Source: Phyllobates terribilis (taxonomy: Eukaryota). Taken from it: a DNA stretch of 64,000 bases. The position numbers were made by a program, and so were the translations under genes. Each line of letters begins with the position of its first letter. Within the stretch, counting starts at the first letter, position 1. The stretch lies in NCBI RefSeq assembly GCF_046119375.1, contig NW_027362769.1, positions 360,592,001-360,656,000 on the forward strand, given 5' to 3'. Positions 14,551 to 30,418 of this stretch are shown one piece after another. The notes beneath the pieces were generated by a model. The model was not told the DNA's origin and made no database searches. It saw only the letters and a program-made list of their open reading frames with translations.

Positions 14551-16255
14551 TCAAATCCAGTGTCTTTTTTGGGAATTGTATTCCCATGCACCTTTTCACA
14601 CCCACACATGGTTATATGCTTTCTGATTTTGGCTATTTGCTCTTGTCCTCCTCCTTCTCCCCATCCTCATCCTCCACCACCATATCACTAGGGTGACCGT
14701 GGACCGTTATGCAACACCCACATAATTTTTGTTAAAGGGTGTTCATGATGCCCGTAAAAAATTTTTATGCAGTATGTTCATGTATACCCCCCAGGGGTAA
14801 GTGTTTGTCACCCCATACACTTAGTTCATGGGCATTACAAGTATAAGAGACTAGCTCCTTTCTAATGGGAACATTTTTTTATGAGGCCCTCCTCCACGTC
14901 TCCTTCCAAAGGCATTGGAGTGCCTCCCAATTTTTGGCAACTCTTGCATTTACTGCATAGGCAAACACAATGGGAGACCCACTTCCTAATAATGGGAACA
15001 TTGTTTTCAGGAGGCCCTCCTCTACATCTCTACCAAGGGGCATTGGAGTAGGTCCAAATTTTTGGTAGCCCTTGCTTTCACTGCATAGGCAAACAGTATG
15101 GGAGACCCACTTCCTAATAATGGGAATATTGTTTTCAGGAGGCCCTCCTCTAAGTCTCTTCAAAGGGGTATTGGGGTGCGTCCAAATTTTCAAAGGGGTA
15201 TTGGGGTGCGTCCACATTTTGGGCAGCCCTGCCACTCACTGCATATGCAATAACAGTTTAGGAGATCCACTCTTTAGAAATGGGAACAGCAAAGCATAGC
15301 CGGCTGATATCTCTCTAAGAATAGTGAAGGCCGACTTCTGGCCCTTTAAGAATAGTAAAGGTCGCCTGATGGCCCTATAAAAATAGGCTTTGTGACTTTC
15401 AGAGTCCCTCCTTCATAAATTAAACAGGATGTGTCTGATCATGTCTCACACACCACATGGCCAGATATGGTTGTGAAATGTTAAAATGACATTTCCCAAT
15501 GAATGCATTTGTCATGTTTGAAAGCAATGCAAAAGTGCAAAAACGCATGAAAAACGCTACGTGTGATCATAGCCCAAGGTGTGGAGGAGTATTTTTGGTT
15601 TTGGTTATTTATTTTGCCTTATATACAAGTCATTACCCTGGAAAGGATGTTCCTTAACATATTTCCCAGGAAAATGCATTTTGGTTTCGTTTTTGTATGT
15701 TTTATTGTGAGTCCGTAAAAGTGGCGTAATACCTCTGACAACGTTGTTGACACCAGTGACCTGGGAGTCCGAAATGCTGTTCCCATAACATTTGAACACT
15801 GTTTCCATCGATGTGGGCAATATTTAGGCCCCCTGCAGACTGCCGGGGGGAGCCGCCTGAAAAATGCTCGAGTTTCCCATAGACTTACATTGTGCTCGTT
15901 GCTCGGGTCGAGCACCCAAGTATTCCAATGTGCTCGACCCGAACAACGAGCAGCCGAGCATTTTAGTGCTCGCCCATCACTAGTGAGCTGTTATTAATAG
16001 GCTGGGAAGATTCATGGATAGTGAGCCCTTCCCGGCATAATAACACCAGACCCCAGCTGTCTGCTTTCCCTAAGCTGATTAAGAAAAATGAGGGGGACAC
16101 CACGCAATTTTTTCTTTCTTTACTAGCTAAATACATGTACAGTAAGCTACACACGCACTGCGCTAATTATATATCTCACTGACTTCCTTCTATCTATTCT
16201 ATGCATATATCTATTCTATCTATTCTATTCTGACGGGTCACACTGTGCATATACA

Positions 16256-16712
16256 CTCATGGTCTGTGTGACGATTTTTTTCTCGCACCCATTGCTTTGC
16301 ATTGCTGAGTCTCGTCCGATATATGCGGCCACTCGCAGCATGCTGAGATTTTTTCTCAGTCCGATTCGAGCTGAGAAAAAAATCACAGATGAACACAATC
16401 ATTCAATAACATTAATCAGAGTGCAATCCAATTTTTTATTGGATTGCACTCGTCCGATTTAAATGCAGATGACTATGAGCCCTTTGGGTTCGCTCACATC
16501 TATGTGTAAATCCGGCGATTCCAATGTGAGAAAAAAAAAATTGCATTGCACTTACACCAATGTGATTCAATAAGGCAGTGTTCATCTGTGAGATTTTTTC
16601 GTCAGGTGGAAATGGGTTGAGTAAAAAAATTGCAGCATGCGAACGCCTGAGACTCACCAATGCAAGTCAATGAGTGCGAAAAAAAAAACGGACGGCACAC
16701 GGACCATGCGTA
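16256..16712. repeat. MITE-like element with imperfect inverted arms
   Basis: TTTTTCTCGCACCCATTGCTTTGCATTGCTGAGTCTC near 16280 versus GAGACTCACCAATGCAAGTCAATGAGTGCGAAAAAA near 16650. Confidence 0.5.
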
Positions 16713-16936
16713 CTCCGTCCTTTTTTTCTCGCACACATCTCAGTAAAGACAGGAAATGTCATCAGCCAAGTACAATAAATCCACAGCAAAACCCTTAGAA
16801 TAGATAGATAGATATCCTGTAGATATTTAATGTCACAAGCCCCCTACATATAATAAAGTAGCACTCTTTAGTGCCCTTCATATGATACTAAAGGGTGTCT
16901 AGGCTTATTTAACCTATTTAATAAAAAATAGTCTAA

Positions 16937-17295
16937 AAAAAATGACGTGGGGCCTCCCTATTTTTAATAACCAGCCAAGTGACAGCAGACAGCTGTTGGT
17001 AAGGGGACAATTTCCATGCACCTTTCCAGCCTATTAATATCAGCCCCCAGCTGTCTTCTTTGCCTCTGCTGGTTGTTAAAAATGGGGTAAACCTAAAAAA
17101 ATGACGTGGGGCCTCCCTATTTTTAATAACCAGCCAAGTGACAGCAGACAGCTGTTGGTAAGGGGACAATTTCCATGCACTTTTCCAGCCTATTAATATC
17201 AGCCCCCAGCTGTCTTCTTTGCCTCTGCTGGTTGTTAAAAATGGGGTAAACCTAAAAAAATGAGGTGGGGTCCCCCTATTTTTAATAACCAGCAA
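16937..17295. repeat. 159-bp tandem duplication (about 2.3 copies)
   Basis: AATGACGTGGGGCCTCCCTATTTTTAATAACCAGC recurs at 16941 and 17100, with a variant at 17259. Confidence 0.85.
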
Positions 17296-18594
17296 AGGCA
17301 AAGCACACATCTGGGGGCTGATATTAATAGGCTGGGAAGGGTCCATGGATATTGGAGCTGGCTGTGGAGATAATATGAGGGAGCTGGCTGTGGGGACATT
17401 GAGGGGCTGAATGTATTGGTATTGCTGTGCAGAGACCTTGTATCTGCGCGGCAATACATTTCAATTGAATATGTGTCCAATGCGCTGACGTCGGCGGACC
17501 CCTGGACCTCGCCGCGATCATCAAGGGGTCTAGAGTGCATGTAGGCCGCATGTACAAAAAGGACATCAAGGAACGGAGGACAGGTGTGAACAAGCTTTTT
17601 GTTTGTCTTTTATGTGTATGTGAACAACAGTACAATAGGGGACATTACTACAATATAGGGACAAGAATGGGGTATTACTACAAGATGAAGACGAGGATGA
17701 GCACATTATTGCAAGAAGGTGACCAGGATGGGGCATTACTACAAGAAGGTTGTACTATCCATTGCCCGCGCCCTCGCATAGTTCCCCTGCACTCTTCATG
17801 AGGGACGCTGACAAACTCACTGCCCTGGTTACGGTAGCATCCTCACGCTCCTCTCCCCACTTCCCCTGAGCACACTACACCGCTCCCATGCTCTTAAAGG
17901 GGCAGCATGCGCACCTGCAAAGATTCCCCCAGCCCAGGCATCTTGTATAAAAGGCACTCTCCCCAATAAGGAGGTGCCTGAGCAACCCCTACAGTTACTT
18001 TGTGTTTGTGTGTGTTCAACTGTATGTTGACAGGTATATACTGTACACATAGCTTCCAACCGTCCTGTTTTTGGCGGGACTGTCCCGCTTTGAGGGCTCA
18101 GTCCCGCTTCCCGTCACGGCTCAGCTGTTCTCCCGGCTGTGGAGGGTGGTGTTGCGGTGGTGGAGCAGCGGGCACAGGTAGTAGACAGCAGCCACAACTA
18201 CCACGTGTGCCCCATGCTAAACATAATGAATATTCACTCTTCTTCATGCCCATGGGAGTGGAGAGGAGTGAATATTCATTCTCTTTAGTAGCGGTCACAG
18301 AGGATCGCAGAGTCGCAGCAGGAGCTGCGCTCGTGCTGAAAGTGTGCACTATTAAGGAGAGTGACTATTCACTCCTCTCCACGCCCATAGTCCCGGCATG
18401 GAGAGGAGTGAATATCCCCGCAACTCACCTTGGCATCTAATAGAGCATGGCAGTGATGTCATGCGCTGCTCAGATACTGAGATCAGCTACTGACACACAG
18501 GACACAGCGCTGGAGCAGAGGGGAGGAAGGAAGGTGTGTAGAAGTGTTTATTTTTTTCATGTGTGCTGTGATGGGGGGCATTGCACACTAGGAT

Positions 18595-19160
18595 AGTGGG
18601 GCCATACATACCAGGATAAGGGGTTAGGGGGCCATGCACACCAGGATTGGGGATGAGGGGGCCATGAACACCAGGAATGGGGATGAGGGGGCTATGCATA
18701 CCAGGATTGAGGAAGAGGGTTACACACATACCAGGATTGGGGAGGAGGGGCTCATGCATACCAGGATTGGGGAGGAGGGGGTTATGCATACCAGGATGGG
18801 AAGGAGGGGACCATGCATACCAGGATTGGGGATAAGGGGGCCATGTATATCAGAATTGGGGAGGAGGGGGCCATGCCTACTAGGATTGGGGAAGAGGGGG
18901 CCATGCATACCAGGATTGGGAGGAGGGGGCCATGCATACCAGGATGGGGGTGATGGGGCCATGCATACCATGAATGGGGATAAGTGTGCCATGCATACCA
19001 GGATGGGGATGAGTGGGCCAAGCATACCAGGATTGGGAGGAGGGGGCCATGCATACCAGGATTGGGGAGGAGGGGGCCATGTATACCAGGATGGGGATGG
19101 GGGGCATGCATACCAGGAATGGGGATGAGTGGGCCATCCATACCAGGAATGGGGATGAGG
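18595..19160 (+). repeat. G-rich minisatellite, about 30-bp unit
   Basis: Unit GGGGCCATGCATACCAGGATTGGGGAGGAG, about 19 imperfect copies. Confidence 0.9.
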
Positions 19161-19289
19161 GCCGCCTGCTGAATGCCCCTCATTACCAGCTCCCCTTTGA
19201 CAACTCCTCCTGCCAGGGGAGAAAGAAATTGGTAAATGGGCGTGTATTGGTGTGTGGCCAAAATTTGCCTGCTCTTTATACTTTAAATG

Positions 19290-19615
19290 CTGCTCTATAT
19301 ACTGTACACACTGCTCTATATACTGTACACACTGCACTATACACTGTATATACTGCTCTATATACTGTACATACTGCTCTATATACTGTACACACTGCTC
19401 TATACATTGTATATACTACTCTATATACTGTACACACTGCTCTATATACTGTCTGTAAACACTGAACTATATACTGTACAGACTATTCTATATACTGTAC
19501 ACACTGCTCTATATACTGTACACACAGAACTATATACTGTACAGACTTCTCTATATACTGTTCATACTGCTCTATATACTGTATACACTGAACTATATAC
19601 TGTACACGTTGCTCT
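19290..19615 (-). repeat. 21-bp satellite, short array, opposite orientation to 38592-43369
   Basis: (CACTGCTCTATATACTGTACA)n. Confidence 0.92.
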
Positions 19616-20279
19616 AATATCTGGGACATCTATAAGGCTGCTGATCTGGGCTGTACAGATGTTGTGTTAGGGATGAGTCGCATTGTGAAGCTGGCGCCTT
19701 ATCAGAGCTCTTCCCTCCATTACCTGCCGCAGGATCACAGCTTCACACAGGGTCAGACACGATATTACACAGGTGATTACAATCAGCCCCCTATGTGGAT
19801 CATCTACTGATGTGGATATGTGTTCACCCCCCAATACTCTGCACATTCGGGGTGTACTTATATTACAGGTCAGGGAGGTGGCAGTCAGCGGAGGCCATCG
19901 CCTGTGTTACCCTTCTGGGCTCTCAGCAGCTCCAGGTCGTCCCCACATCGTACAATCCGCTTCCTGTACGATGGATATTGTAGTAAAGATCCCTGTGATG
20001 GTGACAAGAGCCGGGAATAGGAGGAACGAGCTCCCGCAGCAGTTTTATCTCCCCGGATACACAGTGATGCGCAGATCGGGAGGACGGCGGCGATGATCCC
20101 GGGACCTCCTCTCGGCTCTTTCCCGGCATCTCTGCTGGTGACGGCTACAAACGGTCAGTGGAGATGATGGAGAAGAGGAAGCGACGGAGAAAGCGCGCTC
20201 TGCTGTCCGGTGTTAGCCGGTAAAGGGCTTTTATCCCGGGCAGGGAAGCACAAGGGGAGAGCGGAGCTTCACTCGGGCT

Positions 20280-20380
20280 CAGCTGGGAGGAGGCGGGGCC
20301 TGTGCTCAGTGTCAGCCAATAGATGCTCAGGATGATGCAGCTAAGCAGCCAATCAGTGCGCAGTAAGCCTGTACATATAA
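20280..20380 (+). promoter_or_regulatory. H1 promoter
   Basis: GC box GAGGCGGGG, two CCAAT boxes (about 20316 and 20349) and a TATA-like CATATAA. Confidence 0.6.
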
Positions 20381-20451
20381 CAGGCGCCTCCAGCTCCGGC
20401 CTCAGTGTTTTCCTATTAGGAGATATTTGTGTTCTAGTTCCGCAGCACACG

Positions 20452-21108
20452 ATGGCAGAGACCGCACCAGCCGCCGCTCCCCCTCCCGCAGAACCGGCCG
20501 CCAAATCCAAGAAGCAGCCGAAGAAATCCGCCGCCGGGGGCGCCAAGAAAAGCAAGAAACCCTCCGGTCCCGGCGTCTCCGATCTGATCGTGAAAGCCGT
20601 GTCCGCCTCTAAGGAGCGCAGTGGGGTGTCTCTGGCCGCCCTGAAGAAGGCTCTGTCTGCCGGAGGATACGATGTAGAGAAAAACAACAGCCGCCTGAAG
20701 CTGGCCGTCAAGTCTCTGGTCACCAAGGGCGCCCTCCTCCAGGTGAAGGGCAGCGGCGCCTCCGGGTCCTTCAAACTGAACAAGAAGCAGCAGGAGACTA
20801 AGGACAAAGCGGCCAAGAGGAAGTCAGCAGCTGCGACCAAGCCCAAGAAACCCGCTGCAGCCAAGAAAGCCGCCAAGTCTCCGAGGAAACCCAAGAAGGC
20901 TCCGACCGCGGCCAAGAAGAGCCCGAAAAAGGCCAAGAAGCCCGCAGCAGCTGCCAAGAAGGCGGCCAAGAGCCCCAAGAAGCCAAAGGCCGCTCCGAAG
21001 CCCAAGAAGGTGACGAAGAGTCCGGCTAAGAAAGCTGCTAAACCCAAAGCTGCCAAGAGTCCTACTAAGAAGGCAGCTAAAGCCAAGAAGCCCGCAGCTA
21101 AGAAATAA
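20452..21108 (+). CDS. H1: Linker histone H1 (218 aa), intact
   Basis: [11 protein letters not shown] start, globular domain [15 protein letters not shown]...[11 protein letters not shown], and K/A/P-rich tail with SPKK motifs. Confidence 0.97.
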   Translation: MAETAPAAAPPPAEPAAKSKKQPKKSAAGGAKKSKKPSGPGVSDLIVKAVSASKERSGVSLAALKKALSAGGYDVEKNNSRLKLAVKSLVTKGALLQVKGSGASGSFKLNKKQQETKDKAAKRKSAAATKPKKPAAAKKAAKSPRKPKKAPTAAKKSPKKAKKPAAAAKKAAKSPKKPKAAPKPKKVTKSPAKKAAKPKAAKSPTKKAAKAKKPAAKK

Positions 21109-21138
21109 TCCAAAGCTGCCCTGTTATTACACCACAAA

Positions 21139-21154
21139 GGCTCTTTTCAGAGCC
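21139..21154 (+). terminator. Histone 3' stem-loop (H1)
   Basis: GGCTCTTTTCAGAGCC. Confidence 0.95.
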
Positions 21155-21562
21155 ACCACCTTGTCCCCTGCAGAGCTGTATGATCAGAGCCACCACCTTG
21201 TCCCCTGTAGAGCTGTATGATCAGTGCCACCACCTCGTCCGCTGCAGAGCTGTATAATCAGTGCCACCATCTTGTCCGCTGCAGAGCTGTATTATCAGTG
21301 CCACCTCCTTGTCCCCTGCATAGCTGCATGATCAGTGCCACCACCTTGTCCCCGGCAGAGCTGTATGATCAGTGCCACCACCTTGTCCCCTGCATAGCTG
21401 TATGATCAGTGCCACCACCTTGTCCCCTGCATAGCTGTATGATCAGTGCCACCACCTTGTCCCCAGCACAGCTGTATTATCAGTGCCACCACCTTGTCCC
21501 CGGCAGAGCTGTATGATCAGTGCCACCACTTTGTCCCCTGCAGAGCTGTATGATCAGTGCCC
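21148..21562 (+). repeat. 37-bp minisatellite directly after the H1 stem-loop (about 11 copies)
   Basis: Unit CACCACCTTGTCCCCTGCAGAGCTGTATGATCAGTGC. Confidence 0.93.
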
Positions 21563-22039
21563 GTATATCCTGCCGCTTCTAGATTATAGTGTGTACAGGG
21601 AGCGGCTCCAGTGTTATAATGAATAAGCTTTTCCCCACATCTCCGCATAGAGCTGCGCTGTGTCCCGATCACACCAGTGCAGGTGACCGATCAGTGTAAT
21701 CAATGGAGGGAAGGGGCCGATGTCCTACAGCAATCTAATTCTTACATCATTCTAATCAATCACCACTTGTAACCTGCGTCTTTTTTAGTGAAAGGATTAG
21801 TGTGCGGTTATTACTTCGATGTGAGAATTGGAGAACCAGTGATTTGACTGATGATAGAGTAGACCCTGTACAGCTCCGTGTACTGGTGACATAGAAGAAC
21901 AGTGACGACGGCGGCTCCTGCTGTAGAAGCCGCATGTAGACATGGTGTGACCCTGTGCCAGTATCCGCAGCCAGAAAAGAGTGTGAACAGAGACCCTGCC
22001 CCTCTTTTTGAGGGCGGGATTAATGGGCGTTGGGATGAT

Positions 22040-24099
<2,060 letters not shown>

Positions 24100-24130
24100 A
24101 TCCGTCCTACACGTCTGACTATAACACAAA

Positions 24131-24146
24131 GGCTCTTTTCAGGGCC
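24131..24146 (+). terminator. Histone 3' stem-loop (interrupted H3), variant
   Basis: GGCTCTTTTCAGGGCC, with a G.U pair where the other copies have a Watson-Crick pair. Confidence 0.85.
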
Positions 24147-25973
24147 ACCAAATCCTCCATAATAACGAGCTGATCCCTCACATCTGCTTCATATTCTGCT
24201 GAGTGTTCACTTGTGCTCAGTAACATCAGGGGCGCTCAGTTCTCTTCTCAGTCTGCAGTTGGTATCTGGGGGGATTATTCCCTCCAATGCCGTTATATGG
24301 GTGTGTAGAAATGATCTGATGACTACACGAAGTACATTCTACTCATTCAACCACTTAATATTCGTATCCCCACTAGTTTTCGCACCGATCCTGCCGCACA
24401 TCCAATAATATCAGCTTTATATAATGTATTAGGAGTCTGGACTGTGTTTTGAAGGAATAAATGCGCAGATTTCTTGGTGTATATGATGCGATCATTATAG
24501 GACGTCCATTATCCAGCGCTATCTCCTGTGAACACTCGCTGACTCCTATCAGCCGCACGGGTCTGATCCTGAAAACGCATCAGGATTAAGAGACTAATAT
24601 CCTCTGCAGCTCTGTAGTAGGTTTATCTAGATAATATTAACCTACATTTTATAAAATCCCCGCCTCCTTCTTTCAAAGTTCTCTGTAAACTGCAGTATCT
24701 CGTTTCTTTATATTCCCGGCACTCGGAATATTGCTGGTGTGATGGAGTCACCATTGTTAGAATCAGTTCTGCACTTTGTATTATAGAAAGCGGATACTGT
24801 TCCCTCGATCCTGGAAATGATAGAAATTCCTGTATGGAACCAAGAGACCATTGATCGCTCAACACAAGCAAATTTCCTGATATCCGACCGTCCTGAAACC
24901 ACGTGATCCAGAAGGACAAAGAACAGAAAAAGCCATCAGCCCCTGAGCGGGAACTTCCTATTCGGTAACTATTAACATTAGCTCCTCCCCTTCCTCTGCT
25001 GATTGGCTGAACACAGGACGTTAGGGAGTTTGAATTTCCCGCTCCTTGTAGTTTCCGCAGCTTCTACATGTAATTGTGTTACTACTTCTGCTGTGAAGAG
25101 AAGTGTCCGGTCTATAGATAAACTCCACTGAGCACATTCATGTAATCACCTTCCAGATCACAGTGTATTCTGCATTGGATATGGGACCACTGGAATGAGA
25201 ATCAATCAGCTGCTCAGTGATTATGTTATTTATACGGTTCCTTTTTTATTTGCCCAATCTGAGCTGTTGTCATTATCTTCTACAGGAAGATAACAAATGT
25301 TCTCTAAGTGCAAATCCTCAAATGAAGAAACAAGTGATATCTGAGTTTTATGATCTCTGTCAATTACAATACAAGTGTTATTAGGAGAAAGTAAATATTG
25401 TCATTTCTGATGAGCGGAAAATCCCAGTGGTGGCAAAATATTAAGTATCTGAGCAGTGCTGCTGACCGCGGCTTCCTCCCTGCACTGTCCTTAGAAGAGG
25501 CAATAATCCTGGCTGCCACAATCCTCCTCTGATCGTGTCCAGGCATGGTCACATGCTGCTGCTCCTGGCAAATCACCGCACCCCAAGAGCAATTCTATCA
25601 GAAGTGACAAGCCCGTTTTGGAAACGTCACAGAGCTCAGTCAGGATCCTATAGATTAGTCACCGGGAGCAGCCAGAATGTCACATGTATTAATACATGTA
25701 GATTGTACAGAATGAAGCCATGGCAAGGGATGATGAGGGGAGTAGTAAGATGCGGAAATGACCATGGAGATGTGAATAGCATGTTAGGAATATGCTGGTA
25801 TGATGGAAGTGGGGGTTAATCGCTGTCAGTGCCGCTATCTGTATTTTCAGCAGTGATCTGATGCTTCTGCTCAGCTGCATCTCACTTGCAGGAGGTTGGT
25901 GTCGTGTCTGCCCTTTTATTTATAGACTGTATCTGACACATTTCTCATCACAGGGAAAAATATATATTAGACG

Positions 25974-26488
<515 letters not shown>

Positions 26489-26520
26489 TTGTATTCTCTG
26501 CTCCATCCTGACAACCCAAA

Positions 26521-26536
26521 GGCTCTTTTCAGAGCC
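26521..26536 (+). terminator. Histone 3' stem-loop (H4)
   Basis: GGCTCTTTTCAGAGCC. Confidence 0.95.
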
Positions 26537-27599
26537 ACCACATCTTCTAAGTGAGAGGCTACAATCTCCTGTTGCTGTGCCGGGAGCTGATCTCTGCTGT
26601 GCACTGGTGATCTCTGTATTCTGGCTGGTGGATCGCTCAGGTGTCCGGTTCTCATCAGTGTAAGTTTTGTGCTTCCCATATTGGGGAGAACGGCGGACAG
26701 TAATTCTAACACTAGTGAGATAACACTGATCCGCGGTTACTACAGAACGTTGGATCCAGGTCCTGCAGAATGTGATTCTGCTACATATTTCCACGCCAGA
26801 TCCGTGTGGGTTCCAGTGAGCAGCAAATATTCACTAAATATCGATGTATGAGGCAGCTGGATGGGTAGATGGACGCCCTGTGTACCCGGTATGTAGATTC
26901 CTATGTGATGACCGCGTTCTGGGATGGATGGCGGCCTCTGAATATTCTCACCAGAACAATAATGGCGGCTTATCCTTCACCGGCCGATCAGGAGAACGGT
27001 CACCGTGTTTGCGGGGACAGATTGCTCCGGAGAGCAGGACCCTGTATTGTCAGTGGGGTAGAGCTGCACCCAGATCTGATTATTCGGATTGCAATCTCCA
27101 CTACAAGCAGAGGGGCCGGTAATAATCCGGCAGACCTAGAACAAAAGACTGAGCGGGTGATTCAAAGCCACCAACGGATCTGCGATCAGCCAATGGCCGA
27201 GACCTCAGACCAACACCCGATACAGGGGGGTTTTCTCCATTTAACTCCTTAGTGGCTGTATGTCTGCTGATCCCCGCTTATTCATGCTTTACAGATGCGG
27301 CGACTGCCCCCACCCCGGATCCAGAGCGCTCACATCAGGCTCCTGGAAGAACATATAAGGCTTGTTGTTTTAGTTGGTCTTTGGTAGGATCGGCGCTGAC
27401 ACCACAGGGAATCCGTATAGAACATTACGTGGCTGAATGAGGAGCCTCCTGCCTGTGTGGATGGAGCGAAATAGAAGCACTGACAGGGATCAGCCCCCTC
27501 TCCCGCCATCCTGTAACCGCAGATTGAGTTCAGCTCTCAGAACCCAGCGCCAAAATAACCGGCAGATAGAATGATCTTATTGAAGTAGGACTGTGCAGT

Positions 27600-27690
27600 G
27601 ATCGGGACAGATCTAATCTCTCTGCACAGATCCGGAAAGCCAGCTGCACGTCTTTGGGCATGATTGTCAACCGTGTAGCGTGGAAGGCTG
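27600..27690 (-). pseudogene. H3: Decayed H3 3'-end remnant
   Basis: AFHATRLTIMPKDVQLAFRICAER versus canonical [24 protein letters not shown]. Confidence 0.8.
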
Positions 27691-27969
27691 TGAATTTTAT
27701 GGAATGGCTTAGAAGTAGCCGCACTAAATATTATATGAACATCTTGCTTCTCCGCTCATGAGCAAGATCCCCCGTATATATCGCTCAGTAACATGTAGCA
27801 GGATCAAATATTCTTTTCACGCCATGAACCTCTGCTCCATGGTGATCGCAGTATAGTATGGATCGTGTGTACATAATTATATCTATATACGGTCTGGAGC
27901 AGGTGTTAGTAGACACTAGTGTGGACCATCGGCCGATATCAGTGGTGCCGGCTCTTATGAGCATGTGGT

Positions 27970-27985
27970 GACGCTTAAAAGAGCC
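27970..27985 (-). other. Orphan, decayed histone stem-loop with an H2A-like downstream flank
   Basis: CCAAA-GGCTCTTTTAAGCGTC-ACCAC followed by AGAGCCGGCACC, as found after the H2A stem-loop. Confidence 0.7.
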
Positions 27986-30418
27986 TTTGGTTGTACCAAA
28001 CCAAAAATGAACCCCAGATACACATAGATCTGTGTGCGCCAATGGACAGTGATCGATTTGCTGGATCTTGGACCCTTATAGAAGCCGCAGTGCCCCCATA
28101 CAGTGTGTACCTGCCTATAGGGGTACAGTATGCTCATATGGATGAATATGTGGCATATGGCTAAGATTCCTTAATGGCTGATTACTACTAGAGAGCCAAA
28201 AGACTGGAGAGGACACAGCAGCAGCCACAGCTCTGGTGTAGACGGGGTGATGGCGGAGCGGTCATCAAATAGGAGTCTACATACAAGGTACACAGGGCGT
28301 CCATCCATCCAGCTGACTCATACATCGATATTCACTGTGAATATTCGCTGCCACCTGTAACCCACACAGATCTGATCCGGAAATATGTAGCAACTAGCAT
28401 CAACTCATTCATCTCAGGCAGGACCTGGATCTAATGCTCTGTGGTAAACGCATCACAACGGGTATGGACTGTGTGCACAGAGGTATATATGTACGACCAC
28501 CCCCTCCCCATACACCCGTGTGTAATATTTATGTTATAGATCAATGAGAAGAAACATCACCCGAAGTCAGCGGTGTCAGCTCCAGAGGTGAAAGACTGGG
28601 GGAGCAGACAAGACACCATCTCATCTGGTTGATGCGGCTTCAGTCTTTATACCCATTAACCTTCGCTGAACCCCGGGTCTTCTATCAGAATACTGCTCCC
28701 CTAATCCGGAAAACCTAGAGACCTAGTATCCAGAGGCAGTCTAGAGCAAGCGATCGTTACACAACACAGATCGTCCTACAGTCGCCAGTACTGACCACAT
28801 ACTGCATGAAAAAATCAGCCACAAAGCGGAAATTTCAAATCTTTCAACCAACCAATCATCAAGTCACAGAACCAACCGCCATACACATCACATGACATTA
28901 ACCGGAATCCCGGATCAGAGTTAACCCATTAGTGTTAATGTAAACAGTTGTATAGGACGATCTTTGTGTTGATTATAACGATCTCTATCTCCAGTAACTC
29001 CACATTCTCTAGGTTTCTCGGACTAGGGGAGCAGTATTCACTGATAGAAGACTCGGGGTTCAGCGACGCTCTGGTCACTGGTTGATGCATATAGTGTAAT
29101 CGCTCTATCCAGATGCTGGGATGTGCCCTGTGTGATCTGGAGACTGGTAACCTTTTCGGCAGATTGCAGCACATTCAGTTTTGGGGACAAAGATCCTGAC
29201 CAGGGAAGACTAACCTGCCTTTCCAATTGGATCCCTTTCTTCAATTACGCCCCCACCTCCAATGGGGAGTTCGTTTTTTTTTCTCTGTATAAAAACCTAA
29301 GATTCTGCAGTTATTGGGCCCTGATTAGTACCAGGCTCAGTGTATGTGCAGGGTACGAGATCCTTTGTGCGGCTGCCTGTAATATTGGTAGCTGTTACGG
29401 CCTGGGACGTGTCTGTTATACACTCCTGACATGTACTGGTGTGTCTCCTCCGCAGTCTTTCACTTCTGGAGCTGACACCGCTGACTTTGGGTGATGTGAT
29501 GTGTCTTCTTATGGATCTATAACATAACTATTACACACAGTGGATGCGGGGAAGTGGTGATACATATAGCTCTGTTCATACAGTGTTGTGATGCGGTTAT
29601 TACAGAACAGAAATCCAAGTCTTGCCATGAGATGAATGTGTTGATTCTGCTACATGATATTTTTTCAGATCAGTGTAGGATGCAGCAAATATTCACTGCA
29701 TGAGGCAGCTGGATAGATGGCCGCCCTGTGTACCCGGTATGTAGACTCCAATGTGATGACCGCGGATCTGTTTAGGCAATGAGTAGTAACCAGATATAGG
29801 GGTTTCCTCCTCCGTTTAACTCCTTAGTGGCCGTGTGACTGCTGATCACACACATGCTTTACTCAAGCGGCTCCTTCCCCCACTACAGACCCGCAGCGCT
29901 CACATCAGGCTCCTGGTAGAACATGAGAGACTTGTCTTAGTCTGTGGTGGGATCGGAACTGACACCACAGGGAATCCGCAAAGAATAATACGCGGGTGAG
30001 TGAGGAGCCTCCTGCACGTGTAGATGGAGCGGAGAAGCATCAGATCACTACTGAATATACAGATAACGGCACTGAATGGAATTAACCTCCTCTCCCCCTA
30101 CATGAGAATTGTGTGGAGCTCAGAAAACCCAAGCAAAGTAATCGTCCAATTTATAGGTTAAATGAAATAAAAAAAAAAATTGACTGGACTCCATGCTTAA
30201 CCGTCCCATACGCAAATATTTACCAGTCATCCCTTGTACACTGCTGAATATACTAGATCACTGCACCATCACCACACCAGTAACATGTAGCAGGATCTAC
30301 CTGTGCATTTAATGCTTCTACTCTATAGTAAACAATGTATCGTGTAGTTCTATCTGACGCTGCAGGCGATGGTTCTCTTATCCACCAGCGGTGCCGGCTC
30401 TGATGAGGAGGATGTGGT

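Larger units (their letters stand above)
4859..15982. mobile_element. Composite hAT DNA transposon: two decayed halves in inverted orientation
   Basis: 28-bp TIRs at 4859-4886 and 15955-15982 with one mismatch. Inverted similarity continues for kilobases inward. Transposase fragments diverge from about 12548. Confidence 0.85.

Noticed and set aside
4851-15990. 8-bp TSD for the hAT composite
   Set aside because: The flanks CTAGGGAG and GTGAGCTG do not match, so insertion as one unit is not shown.
18487-19670. Pro/Gly-rich and Tyr/Leu-rich ORFs
   Set aside because: Translations of the 30-bp minisatellite and the 21-bp satellite.
20145-21137. 330-aa antisense ORF over H1 and the 43-codon upstream extension of H1
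   Set aside because: Shadow of Lys/Ala codon bias. The extension overlaps the CCAAT and TATA promoter, so the real start is ATG at 20452.
21148-21562. CRISPR-like look of the 37-bp and 39-bp arrays
   Set aside because: The units are directly adjacent with no unique spacers, there are no cas genes, and the context is eukaryotic.
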